Of a DNA stretch of 64,000 bases, positions 51,701 to 64,000 are shown piece after piece. The stretch comes from Raillietiella orientalis (Eukaryota), in NCBI GenBank assembly GCA_036172245.1, contig JAYWIR010000022.1, positions 2,728,001 to 2,792,000 on the forward strand. Direction: 5' to 3'. The notes below the pieces were generated by a model. That model worked only from the letters and a program-made list of their open reading frames with translations. It was not told where the DNA came from and ran no database searches. Made by a program: the position numbers and the translations under genes. Numbering within the stretch: position 1 is the stretch's first letter; each line of letters opens with the position of its first letter.

Positions 51701-53150
51701 CATTGAATACCACAACGGTAGAATCACTCGGTCAGGTCATATGAGCAAGTCCAAAAAAAGGAAAACTTGAGGGAAGAATGGAACATGGAAAAATCGATGA
51801 TGGCGGCGGCGGTGGTGGAGGGGTGGAGGACGATCGAACGCACGATGATGTACACCAATATCCGGATGGGATCCTTCGACTGAGGTCGGTTTTTCCGTCA
51901 AGTGGTGATTTTATTGCGGAGGCATCTTTGGTGATCCAGGAATCTTCATTTTGTGTGTGTGTGTGTGTGTGTGCGCGCGCGCGTGACACTTGAAGATCAA
52001 AGCAAGCAGCTCAGCTTTCCAAGAGGTAATGCAGCAGCCCAGAGCTGGTGGTGTTGCAACACTTCCTCTTGTGTACCTCGCGCCCAGCACGCGACCTTCG
52101 ACTAAAGCTCCGTCACCCTCGCATTTTTCACGAAACTCCCTCTAGCGCCTCCACACCGCACTCGATTTGCACATCTGCTCGTTGCTGTAAGGCGCTCTCG
52201 GTCCGGTTGGGCATGAATGTTGTTGCCACGGAGATGCTGTTGCTATCATGGAGGGATTCTTCCGAGAATTCTTTCCATCTGTGAAAATGGGGTCTGACGA
52301 GAGAGTCTGGCGGGGGCCAGACGTCCCGGATCAAACGACTCCATGGAAGGATGACTCGTTTCTTCACTTGTGGAGACTTCGGAAAAGCATCGGCAGCAAG
52401 TGATTCGCGAGTTCTTCGTTTGTGCTCCGACCGTGGAAGAGCATCGTGCGGATCGCAGTCGAAACCATCTCACAGTGGTTTGTGGACACGGAAAGCCAAG
52501 CTCGGAACAAAATCTCCTCCCACTCCGAAAGTGTGACAGTGCCTCCATCCATTTCTGAGAGAAATATTCTGTTCTTCGGTACAGTGCCCCGTGAGGCTTC
52601 GGTCTACCCATGAGCAAAAGGGCAGAAGCAGCAAGAAATCACGGCGTCTGGCAACACTGTCAAAACGGAATCAGACGTACAAGGACCTTTCTCCCTGTGG
52701 CATATCTGGAAACATCCCTGACACAGAATTCCTCTTTGTCAGCGTTGCTTGCATGACATGGTTCTCATGCTGGAGACCAACATTGGGAACATGTCCAACA
52801 ACCACCCGAAGCAATGAGGACTTGGGAGACTTCCTGGTGGCGAAAGACAAGAAAAGCGAATGGTAATCTGAAGGAACAAGAAAATTGCCACGAAAGTCCC
52901 GGAACAAGGATCGGGATCAGGCAACGAGGAAAGAAGCAGGAGCAGATAAAGGCTTGCGGAAAGATTCACAGAAAGTGTTCTCAGTGTGCCAAAGGTTTAA
53001 AGACGCCAAGAGGCTTTCGCGCTTCAAGTGCTTCCACTCCATATTAGTTTGAACATGACCATTTTCCGACTGCTCCACATCCGACGAAACCAAATAACGT
53101 GACCGGACCTGAAGGAATCCAATTCTTTCACCGAGCACCATGTCTCTGTC
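48750..53150 (-). mobile_element. Decayed L1/Tx1-like LINE ORF2, interrupted at about 51.2-52.0 kb
   Basis: Ordered minus-strand traces: endonuclease-like YV*FRFDSVARRRDFL (near 52650), RT-like LLPAVDSNILTA (near 50850) and YADD-like FYFYAGDP followed by SALGRLN (near 50540-50460). Confidence 0.55.
51952..51985. repeat. (TG)11(CG)5 alternating purine-pyrimidine tract
   Basis: Directly visible; a Z-DNA-prone composition. Confidence 0.9.
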
Positions 53151-53454
53151 TTTGAACTCGCAGATCACGTTTTCTAGCAACAGCCCGAGAATCATATTAA
53201 ACGCATTCGTTATTTGTAAATAATCACCAGAGATAATAGTATAAATTGAAGCGGGCTATTATTTTGAAACTCTAGGCATGCCACACATTCGTGTTTATAG
53301 CATTGCAAATAGTGATGATTTCTCGGAGGTTCCAAGTTGTCAAGAGTGCTTGGGTGCGTTGCCAACGGAGTCGAAGGATGGACACGGAATAGAAATCGGA
53401 TCGAAATCACAGTGTTTTGCATTCGAACCTCATTAAGTCTCACCTCTGGTTGAA

Positions 53455-53472
53455 AGAGAGAGAGAGAGAGAG
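53455..53472. repeat. (AG)9 microsatellite
   Basis: Directly visible. Confidence 0.9.
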
Positions 53473-55799
53473 GGAGGGAGGGGAGGAAGTGACGTTCTCA
53501 CAAGTGCAGCCTTTTCATTGCAAAATACGGAATTTTCTTTCCAACTGAAGGCAGCAATGGCAAGACGGATGCGTTTGACGAAAACGTTAATGCAAAAAAA
53601 AAAGTGTCTTCTCGTTTTAATTTGTGTCCTGAAGAACATGATCAAGAGAAAGCGCTTTAAGGGTTTTCTTTCCACCTCGAGGCATGCACGCACAAGTGTC
53701 ATGTGAACGGGAGGAACCACGGAACGGCCGGAAGTGGATTAAAGACCAGGCAACGCAGACGGTGGAGCCCGTGGTAGTTCAGCATCCGTGTGGCAGTCCA
53801 CTTGCTGCGTTGGTCTTCGGACATAACGTTTGCAATGGGTTTATGGAAACGCGCAAAGGTAATCGCCGTGCAACAACGCACAGGACATCAGATGTTCTTT
53901 CCGATCCCCTCTGCATGTACGTGTCAGGCATTGGTTGTGGTTTCCTTATCCTCGTTCCTTAGCCTCCCCAATTCAAGCTTTCCCAAGAGGTACTTGTTAA
54001 AGCATCATTTGTGATTCGTTAATTTGGAGCGGTGATACCTTGTCCGCTTGTTTGCTTTCGAAAATAACTAGGAAAGGTCTTGCGACAACTCGTCTGCTTT
54101 TAACAGTTTACTCTTCTAATCTTACCAGATCTGTACGGGTGTTCTCTGTGTACACTACGGCGGCGTTCGATTACGCCCTAACCTCACAAGCAAAATCAAA
54201 GGTTCGGGTGTTTTCCTTCCGTGCACGACGGGTGCCCCACAGTTTGGTGGGTTGCTTGGTTACCTCGGGCGTTTATTAAGAATTACCAGTATACTGATAA
54301 TTGTTGCTAATTGTCATCAAATAGAAATTACTGACAATAGCAAAAAGAAGCAAAACGAAAATTGTATTCTCAATTAAGTAGCATATTCGTGAATAAGGTA
54401 TCAGTTACATCTCATCATTATTATTAAACATGCATGTGCTTCGAAACGCATGTAACTATTACTACAGTAGATCTCACACACGTTTCATAGTTCCATGCGT
54501 CGAATTGACACTGTACATTCGTGTTACACATCGATTCCGTGCCAATCAATGGCGTTCGCGCAAGCGTCACACGTGTACGCCGGTTTCGGTTCCCATATCT
54601 GCTAAATTAACGAAGGTTCGAAGTTGGTATTCTATGGAGCCGCTGTAGGAAAAATAATCTTTCACACGACCCGACTCACCAACAAGAAAAAAAAAAAAAA
54701 ATGCTTTTCAAAGCAAGACGTACTTTTCTCACCTTGATTGAATCGCCTGTCTAGAGGAGCATTTTCTGTTTTCTCTTCCCCGGAATACCTCCTGCACTGG
54801 TAAGGGATCCCTGCTTTGAAAAACCGAAACACATTGCACTTTTCCAAACCAGAGCAGATGTTTGAGACGTTGATGTTCCGCATTCTTCCTGAGATGCCGA
54901 GGATTGAGCATTACATTACAATGTACTTGATAAGGGCGTTATGAGCAATCGGAACGGTGACGTCACGTCAGTACCCGTGCAGCCGCGTTACGCATGCTTT
55001 AGAAAGGCTGCGAAACAGCCATTGGAATTTGGACGGCTTCACATCTACGGAAATTCTGATCGTGATTTCCCACGTCTTCTGTTTTGAGAGCGCGAAATGA
55101 AAAAAAAAAAAAAAGTCAGAGCGTTTTTAACAGCACTGAGCAATCGTGTCCATATCTTTGCATGAGCCGCCAGATTCTTTTGTGACAAGGAGAACGGAAA
55201 AAAAACAATTTGATCTTTCAAGTTTGACGGTATGATATCAAGTGGAGCATCCCCATTGAGAGCAATACCGATTTGGAGCACAGGATCACTTTCCCATAGA
55301 TTCAAGAAATTCCGGGTTTCGCGGAGCGTCCTCTAAGCACGAATCCTCCGCAGAACTTCGGGATGGGCAGTAGCGGGGTGGGAGGAATTTTTCTCCCATT
55401 TCCTCTCCTCGTTGCAAAAGGTGGCTTTCTTCGATACTTCTGCGTCAGACTGCTATTCTGATGTTTTGGCGAAGGAACCAGAAAGCATCCTGCAAAACTT
55501 CGCTTTGTTCCCAGCATCTTGTTGTGATGGTTCGAAATTGGTTATCTTGCTTCAGGCACGGCTACAGCAGTCGACTGGTCATCTTCTTCCCGAAGGTGAC
55601 TTTTCGAAAGCAGCTAAAACTTCAGGAACAGAACCTCGCAATGCTCCCGGGTCCAACAAACAGCGGGGCGATTTTATTGGATCCACATGCAAACAAAAAA
55701 CACGAAGAATACATTCACGTTGTTTTCACACTTTGCCCTTTGATGCACTGGGTGTCACCTTTTCTATCTTTCTTTCTATTTTGGTCAAATCCGAAGATT

Positions 55800-57125
55800 A
55801 TGTCTCTGGGGTCTAGTCAGGGCATGTTGGGCGTTCCGTCCGTCTGGGCAGTATCCTCAATCTTCCTCAAGATGTAGCGGTACGTCCAGGATGGGATTCG
55901 TCCGCAGTTCCTCATGCCCGATCTCCTTCTAGATTAATCCTCTCAGGATTTCCATGGCAGGAGTTGTCCTTCTTGTCTTCGCCCTTCTTATCACGGTGCC
56001 TGTGACGAAGAGTGCAACCGCTATTTGCGCCATGGGATTGTATCGGGGAACATTACCATCCCTTCAGGACTTCCATCTTTGGTTCTGTGTGCAGACCTGT
56101 CACCGCCTTCAGCATTGCCCAGGCAGGGTGTAGCGTTGAACAGGTGAGCACGTGGAGCTGGGTTTCCTTGGACCTGCACGCCTTGGAGCATTCTCCTTGG
56201 ATGATGTCTATCCAGCATTTGGTTCTCGAACCACTCGGAATTCCTCCGTAGTAAAACGTGAGGAGGTCGTCATTTTCTCTTTTCTCCGTCATTTTGAACC
56301 ACGAGCGGTTTTTCCAAATCCGGTTCTTCCTGATCTCGAGTGTTCTTTGCGTGAAACGTGCCATCAGAGTTGGTCAGAGTACTGGTGCAGTTGCATCTTG
56401 TGGTAGTTGCCACTGGTACCGAACTGTTCGCAATCCTTAACGATCGGTATATCCAAAGCCAGACCTCTTTCTCGCAAGGACATTCCGCAACCGCCTCCAG
56501 GCGAAATGCGCGTGCGCGCGCGTTTGTCCTCGGTTTTTGCCTGCTAGTCGGGATAAGTTCAGTTGTCACACGGGTTAGGGATCCAGGAAAATCGAGGATA
56601 CCTGGGTGCACACGAAGCGCTGTTCGCTTCAGGTGGCTACACCCGAATGCCGTTACGCTACAATGCCCTCTCCAGGAAAAGTGCTCGACGTGGCAGACCT
56701 GATTCGTCCTCTTCTTCAAATGCCGGATGCATTGGGCGCGTCCTTTTGCACCCGGATCTCCAGACTATCCGTTTCCATCGTCACTCTTTTTTCTTCAGCA
56801 CCTCTTGAGTGTTCTCAGCAACAGGAACAGCAGCGAAGTGGTCCAAGCACACGGCCTCTCACCCCAAAGTAGACCCGCTTCCCTATTTCTTTCTCTCTTA
56901 TCCTCCCTGAAAGCTCTGGACCTTCGTTGCCTGATTGACACTTGAGAGCGCGAATACACGCTCTGCCATATCATCCAGGGGGATGATATGGAGCAGGGTC
57001 TGCTTTCTGTTCGCCTGTTTAAGATCGGACCGCGAGGCAGCCTTAATAGCATATGGGACGAAAGGTGCAAAAGATGCTTGTGCCACACGTCGGAAGGATG
57101 GATAATGCGATGGAAAATAAAATCT
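55800..57125 (+). mobile_element. Decayed 3' part of an L1/Tx1-like LINE
   Basis: zf-RVT-like FRWLHPNAVTLQCPLQEKCSTWQT*FVLFFKC near 56630-56725, a C-terminal W...LC segment, then AATAAA at 57116-57121. Confidence 0.55.
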
Positions 57126-57425
57126 ATAAATTGATGTTCAATTGAATGTGGTAGAATTTATAAATTACATTTGATGGAATGTTTGTTTCACTTTGAGACG
57201 AAAAGAAAAATTGTCTATTTTAATTGTTTATACTTTATTATTTATGTATCAATGTTTATTTATAATTTAATCTCAGCTGAAAAAAAAAAAGCTTTTAGAG
57301 TTTTGTCGATATTTAATCAGCCGAGAAACAGTTCTACAATTTCAGGTCGGTCGTTCTCGTTGTTAAAAGATCCTATTTTGTTGACGAAAATTTGAATGGA
57401 GCTGAATGCAACCTACTGAAATCAC

Positions 57426-58909
57426 GTGTTCGTATTCTTTTTAAAAACGTCCGGGCCGACACTGTGCCACAAATTTGAAATTTATCCACAGCCGGCTATT
57501 AAAATTTGCTCAAGCATGCCTCCCAACTCAGCAGCTGCCATGACCTCAGCTCCGGACTACGTGAACTCGCACGAAAAAGTTAGTCTGCCCTGTAGAATTA
57601 CAAGAGGCAGAATCGGCAACATAATAAATAAATCGATGGATTCGGATTTAAGAAGTGCAAGAGTTTCCACCTTCTTCTCTTTGGCACCTGATGAAGCAGC
57701 TGCTATAACAAATGCAACTCGGTTGTCAGGTTTTATTAGAGACAGATGAATGGTTCTTTTGAAGACTGACTGCAGCGCATTTTAATTCATGGCAACACTA
57801 CGGAAGTGGAACTGGTATAACCAAACTTAACTTGCCATACCTTGTAGGTACAGCTGCAGATGGAGTGAGTTCCTCAGTTGGCGGTTGAGAAAAACAGTGC
57901 CCTCTCGTAGAGAGCAAGAGGAATCCAAGAGGAATCGAAGACAAACCCAAGTGTGCAAGAGAATTCCGAGGCCCAAACCTGCAAAGTTTCGTGTTCTGCC
58001 ACCGCATGGAGAGCATAACTGCGAATCCAGCCACATTCGTGGTAAATAAATGTGAGTTTCATAGAAAATTGTGGTCTCGACCATCGTCAATTCAAGGATT
58101 TTTTTCTGAATTAGAGGTAGAATATTAGTGGCTTCTGTATGACTTCCATGTTAGATGCTTCAGTGGGAGTAAAATGTCGATACGCTTCTGGGAACTCAAA
58201 TGCGTTGAGTTGTTTATGGCCATCAAAGGTAAGCCGGCCCCTCGAATGAAAAAGATTTGACGGAGTCTGTGATCTAGTATGTCCTGAAGACATCCTGTCC
58301 ATATGATCGATCTGAATATCAAACATCCGCATCCTATGCAGTTGATTACCTCTCTTTCCACGGCACTTTTTAGAAACTCAGCTTGTGGGAAGACCAGTTC
58401 CTAAGGTTGAATCGACGCATTTTCACATACCAAATAAATCTGGCATCTGGTGTGAAATATGGGAAGGAATGTCGAAAGCTTAGAGAAGAATGTGAAAACA
58501 GGTTGGAGAGCAATCGATGAGATTAAGACGAAGCTGCGTTTATTTTCCTCTCCATGCTCTTCACAACCAGAAGTAACTCCAAATTTTCACCTCGGGTTAT
58601 TAGCTGGTTGGCGGGCTGATAAATCACTCAGGACTGCGTTTTAGAAGAACCGTGTCTCTATGGAAAAAATATTCCTCTAAGAAACACCATGCCACGCGTT
58701 TCCTGTTTGGGACTACTTATCGGTGTGAACGCTTTTTCTCAAAAATGACCCTTGCACCAAATGTAAAAAGGGGGAAAGAAAGAGGAAAACAAGAAGAAGA
58801 CTCACAGATGAAAATTTCCACTTCCGGTTCGCAATCCCGTCCGGATTCAAACAAGCTTGCACGAGAGCAGCAGATCCCATCGAGATCCATTTCTAATCAG
58901 TCATCATAG
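57426..58909 (+). mobile_element. hAT-superfamily (Buster/SPIN/GTF2IRD2-like) transposase relic
   Basis: EKVSLPCRITRGRI...FFSLAPDEAAAITNATRLSGFIR resembles FSLALDESTDxxxxAQLxxFIR. The C-terminal FGTTYRCERFFSKM...MKIST...PDSNKLA resembles the hAT dimerisation region. Frames are broken. Confidence 0.8.
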
Positions 58910-59854
58910 TTGACCATCAATGGATTAAAATTAATGCTTTGTATCGTTTTGTTGAATTTGTATCGTTTGCCCTACACATTACCGGGAAGGATAAATCGAT
59001 TCATGAACACATACATTTGAAGTGATTTTTCATTGGTTTTATCTTGACAACTAAAAAAAAAAAAACAAGGCAGGTCCTTTACGCGCAGATACAAATATTT
59101 TCATCTGTTTCTAATGCTACTACTTGAGGAAAGCAAATTGTGAATAACAAAATTGAATAAATTCGATCAGAAAAAAAGAATGATTACTGAGGTTTTATTT
59201 AGAATTCCAACCTTTCTGCTTCGCCTGTGTTTTGCTTTATGCTTTAAGAATGTAAGTGTTGCTTAACGCAGGAAACTTATTTTTCTGCCTTATTCTTCTG
59301 CTCATTCTCCCTCGAGCCATTCCTCAGCATCGGCAACTCGAGAATGCCTTGAAATTTGCCCAGGAAAGACAACTCGCCTAATGGTGTTTAATTGGTGCTT
59401 AATGGTGCAAATCAAAGGACATTCGTACTCCGTGAAAAGGGGAAAATTGGCTGTGCTTACTGTTAAATAAATTGGGAAATGGGCGCTCGTTTTGAGCAAA
59501 CCTGTGGCGCACGCAGCGCGCTGCTTTGAACGGAGTGCGGCAGCCGCACGTTTCTGGAAGGGGCACGTGACTTGCTGCGACAGAAAGGGTTCCCCGAGGT
59601 TCCTACTCTGGAGGGGGGAGGAAGGGGGGAGACCCATTCGGAGAACCGAACCAGTCGCAGTCGCACCCTTTGCGTGGAAGCTGAGCCCGGGTTGGCTGCT
59701 GAGGGATGGTCGAAGGCCGTCTGAGAGCTGGAGAGAACGTCAAGCGTCATGCCTCGTCCCGGATGCGACCCTCCTTCTGGACGGGGAGCAGCGCGAATTC
59801 GACGGACGGGCGCAGCAGCCATGACAGCAGCAGCAGCAGCCGCGGGAGAATTTT

Positions 59855-60110
59855 GTGAGCAGCATGGCCTCGAAAGTTCTTCAGGATTTCTTGCAACGCA
59901 GAAATCCCGTACTGACATCATCTCAGCAGTTGAAGGCGAAAGAGCCTAAGGGCTCGATGGACGAGAGCATCGAGCTGCCGGGAAAGGGACTCTTCGAGGG
60001 AAAGATTTTCCTTGAAGGGGTTCTTCCGTTAGCTCGACTGGAAAGCTTCCTCCGTGTCGCTTTAATTGACCTCTGGTGGCGTCGTAACAACTCCAGAACT
60101 TTCAGATGAC
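59855..60110 (+). mobile_element. Short LINE ORF2 C-terminal fragment
   Basis: LARLESFLRVALIDLWWRRN resembles the IWxxRN motif near the end of L1-clade ORF2 proteins. Confidence 0.4.
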
Positions 60111-61899
60111 GCAGACCACCCCTTCCCCCTTTCGGGATCATTTCCTACTCCCTCCTCCTTACTTCGGAAGATCCCGTTTGTTGCGGGGAAACATTCGAAT
60201 CGGAAACGTCGGCAGCGCCTAGAGACCTCCACTTCGGTGGGAGGAGCATCTCATCTTGCATGGAGATCCCGTTTCTTCTGTGAAGTGAGCGCAGGCTCCA
60301 CTTTGGATGCAGGGTAACCGCTTTCTGCTCCTGCCCACCTTCCGAGAAAGAGGGGGGGGGGGAGGCGGCAACGCCCCTCTTTTCCTTCCCTCCCTTCCTT
60401 CCCGAGAACGTCTCTGCTGGGGTCTTCCTCCACTCCCCACGCTTAGAGGGTGCAGCAGCAGAGTGGCAGCGTAGCGAAGGAGCTCTTCTCACGCTCGCAG
60501 TCGGGTCACTCACTGTTTTACCCCTTTCTGCTACTTGTGGCACTGCCCAGAAGGGACTCTTCCTTTGCGGACATCGTGGGAGGGAGGTTCGGTGGATGCG
60601 ACGGCGCGAGAAGCGTCGCCTTCAAGGCAAGGTCCGCATCCTACCCTCTGGTTGCCCCGTGTTGACCCGCTCCACCAAAGTTTCTTCCGTTGTCGCGGTG
60701 GTTCGGGGTCCCCCCTTCTCGGGGAGATCCCTCAGACTTCCTGACCGGCGGCGGGCCGCCCCCTTAGACTCGCCTGGCGTGTGCGGGGCTTCCCGGGGAA
60801 GAGCAACGAGAGGTGGGTATCTCCTGATGGGTGGCGGGGATGCGTGGGGATTGAACGTCCCTCGTGATGAATGCGACCTTCTCCGTGACCTCCGAGAGAT
60901 GCGCACATACACACACGCGCCAAGAGAGAGAGAGACCAAGCCTCCTCGATCCTCCGCCCGGCTCGTCCCGACGGCAGCACGTGCGGCTCCCCCCCCGCCT
61001 GCTGCTTCCCGCTCCAGCTGCTCGGAGTGCAAAGAGAGCCTGGGCTTGCGAATGCTCCCGACGTCTCGTCCATCAGGTTCGCTGGTTTCCTTGAGCTCGC
61101 CTTTGCGAATGAAGGCGGACAAGAAGACGGGAGGACCAGCTGCTGCTGCTTGCTGCCGCCACCTTGACTGCCTGCGTCCGTCCCCGCTTGGAGATGAGGA
61201 GCAGAGAAGGGAGAGGGAGCAGGCGGAGGATAACGCTGGCATCCCTTGTTCCGTCCTTCCCTTCTCCATCTTCGACTTCGCCGGTTTTCACCCATCCTTG
61301 CCATCGTGATGTCGGGATAGCCCCACCCTCCACCCCATCCGGCGCGAATGCTCCTTTCCCCTCACCCGCCCCTTCATCCGGAAACTCGTTCTGACCCCAC
61401 GGACAGCAAGTTCCCGGTGCGCCCCCTAGACGCGTGCGCACCTAGAGGGACCTCACGAGCCGTCGAGAAAGATAGCCGGCTGCGAGGCGGGTCCCTGACT
61501 CCGGGGAGGCCTGCTGAGCTCCGAGGACAACGGAGGCAAAGAGATCCGCATCAGGAAAAGGTCGTGTCCCGCGTCGTCGGACAGCTTCCGGCCATTCTCC
61601 CAGCCTCGGCGGAAAGCACCCGAACTTCCGCTCCACCTGTGTGGCCCGCCTCCATGTCCATCCGGCTCGTAAACTTTCGACGCGTGGGGCAGCCGGGAAG
61701 GAATGGTGAAGGGGTGGGGAAGGAGGGGGGGAAGGAGAAGACGCTCAAAAGCGTGTGGCGAGCACTGTCTGCGGCTGCAGCACAGGATGCCGCTCGCCAC
61801 TCGCGTCTTTGACCGAATCTTCTGGATGTGTCAGCGGGAAGCCGGCACCACGGAGCGCGTCCCCGTCGCTGGTCCTGCAACCCTCCTGCGAGAATCTGA

Positions 61900-63900
61900 T
61901 ACCCGTCTCGGGGGGTTCGTGTGGTTGCTGGGTGTCGCACGGGAACGCGCGGTCGGCCGGGCAGAAAGGCGCCGACCTTTTGCAATGGCGGTCACCCAGG
62001 CGTGCATCACGGCATACGGGACGTGTCTGCTGGGTCCTCCGCCGGATGGATCTTACTGTCACGGATCGTCGGAAGGAACCGTTGCGACTGGAGAAAGCGC
62101 CACGTCATCCTCCTCGGGAACCGGCCCCAAAAAGGATCTGCAACGCGCCTGGATGCTCTGCTCCCGTGATCCAGCACAAGGGCTGAGGATCGCCGATGGC
62201 CTGCTCCGTCGAGAACCTTCCCTTCTGGATAGGACCAACTGTTTCCTTCCCGCGAAAGTTCTTCTCCGGTATCGGGTTTCCCCCCCTTCGCCTCATTCAC
62301 CCCGACGTCATGGCACTGGTTCGCTTTCTCTGGGAGCGTTTCTTTGCGCCTTAGCGGAGCGCCTTTTTGGCGTCGCCGCTCTCGGCGGGCGTCGAAAGCT
62401 CCGCTTCGACGCCCCCCGTCCCCGCTGTCCCAAGAGAGGCGCTCTCCCTCTCTCATTTCCTTCCGCAGCCGCGCCCCCGTTCAACCCGCCTTCCTGCTAC
62501 CCGTCCCTGCCGCAGGCACTCTTTTCCTTGCTGGAACGAAGCCCACTTGGGACTTGGGCAACTTCCGCTCCCGGCTGCTTCCTCAAGGGACACGCCGCGA
62601 GGAGCGCCGAAGAAGATACCTCTCCCCGGTCCTTCATCTCTCTCGAGCAGCCTGCGCACCGAGCGACGCGAGGGGCTGCCCGAGTTTCGATCTTGAGTGG
62701 CCGAGAAGGTCGCGGTATGCGGCGAATAGGGACACTCCGCAAGACGCACCAACACCACTTCCTCTTCCTCTCCCCCGTTCCTGCGGTGCACTGCTGGCTT
62801 CTTCGCAAGGGCGGAAGCTCCCGGATCTTGGGAGCTGTCCCGTCCAAGGCGCAGGGACCTCTTCCTGACCAGAAATGTCCAGCGTAGTGACGCGTGACAC
62901 GCGATGCGAGAAAGAAAATCCCGCCGTGTGTCGCCTGGAAAAGGCCTGCGCCGAAGTGCCGAGAGGAGTCATTTCCCGCACCCCCCCACCCCTCACCACC
63001 ACCAGCGGAGCCGAGTTCTGCTCTCTCCGAAAGCAAGGCCGGACTGGAGCCTCCAAGCCTCCGCCAGGTGGTTCTCCGGCATCTCTGCAGCTCAAGGCGC
63101 CGCCGCTCCCAAGAGGGCAGTTCCGGTCTCGTGCCTGGGGCAAGCATCAGGGCTCCATCCTCTCTTTGCATCGCACGCGCACTCTTTGCAGCAGCACGGG
63201 GGGGGAGCGGCATCTTTGCGCACGCAGTGCAACCGGTGCGGAAAGTTCGTGACTAGGCAGGTGGATCCCTACGAGCACGTCCCCTCCACCACCCCCTGCT
63301 TGCGGTCTCTTTTCGCGAGGGCTAAAGAGAGGAAACGCGACCTCCCAGCGTTGCAACCGCTTTCTCCCCTTCTTTTTCCGACGACGGTTCCACCGCGCGG
63401 TGCTTCGCACATGTCGTTGCCGGATGCCGCGCGTCTCAGCGTGCAGGAACGGCGGCGGCGGCGGGCGGGTCTTCTCTTCCCTTTCCGTCCCGCGTTTTCA
63501 CGTAGGGGGCTCCCAGGGGCTCACTTTGCGTTCGGCTTGTTCTTGGGCCGGCGGTCAATCTTTGTTGCGGGAGCAGGCGCCCCGGAGCGGAGCCGCCCGC
63601 CGGTGGCGACGGGGGGCGCGGCTTCGACCGGCGCGACCTTCGTCCCCAAACGAATTCGGTCGTAGTGCTCGAAGGGTTGCCCGTAAATCCATCTCTCCCC
63701 CCTCCTCTCCTTCCCTTTAGTGGAATCAAATCCACTACCGGTCTGTCTTTACAGACGAAATCGGTGTGCAAGTGCAGAATCGTGTCTTCGGGTGTACAAA
63801 CAAGAAACAGTGTACAGATAGATTTGCATGAATCACGTGCGCTCGCCCCCTCGCTCGCGTCTCGAGCAGGCCCGAGGTGGTTCGTTAGGCGCAGCTGGGA
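61900..63900 (+). mobile_element. Probable GC-rich decayed LINE relic
   Basis: Composition is like the other relics; the only motif trace is SQEGSSGLV near 63110 (resembling LPxxxGGLGL). Weak support. Confidence 0.3.
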
Positions 63901-64000
63901 GCCTCTGATTTGACGCTCCTGCGAGTGATGGCGCTCGGCGGAAACGTCTTCCTCGCAAGCAGCTCATTGCGCCCGAGGCGTGCCGAGCCGAGGGCCGAAG

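Noticed and set aside
54040..54279. Mariner-like ARRVPHSL motif
   Set aside because: An isolated short match without the surrounding transposase motifs or termini.
61703..62887. 394-aa ORF as a gene
   Set aside because: Very GC-rich, long ORFs on both strands and no domain; more likely decayed repeat.
1..64000. CRISPR array, rRNA/tRNA genes or prokaryotic operons
   Set aside because: No regularly spaced repeats or recognisable structural RNA genes were seen, and spliceosomal introns show the DNA is eukaryotic. A covariance-model scan was not possible.

Overview
Eukaryotic DNA, most likely from an invertebrate (arthropod-like) genome; the ORF track is largely uninformative because the real genes are spliced. 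An AT-rich gene island (about 22-37.5 kb) holds a carbohydrate sulfotransferase (+), a 10-exon TLDc-domain gene with an N-myristoylation motif (+) and a divergent mitochondrial calcium uniporter (MCU) homologue (-). An orphan gene of about 794 aa lies at 45.7-48.1 kb. The flanks are GC-rich fields of decayed L1/Tx1-like non-LTR retrotransposons in both orientations, plus Tigger/pogo and hAT transposase relics. Most notable: (1) the MCU has WDIVEP instead of WDIMEP and appears to have lost its matrix-side acidic residues; (2) a near-identical inverted repeat of at least 356 bp (1-356 / 38424-38779) brackets the gene island; (3) a stop-riddled, A-rich coding relic starts at the inner end of that repeat and may be an endogenous RNA-virus fragment; (4) three LINE copies end in a shared GC-rich motif rather than poly(A); (5) many introns are only 40-55 nt. 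All family assignments come from manual translation and remembered motifs, with no database search. Relic boundaries are approximate.
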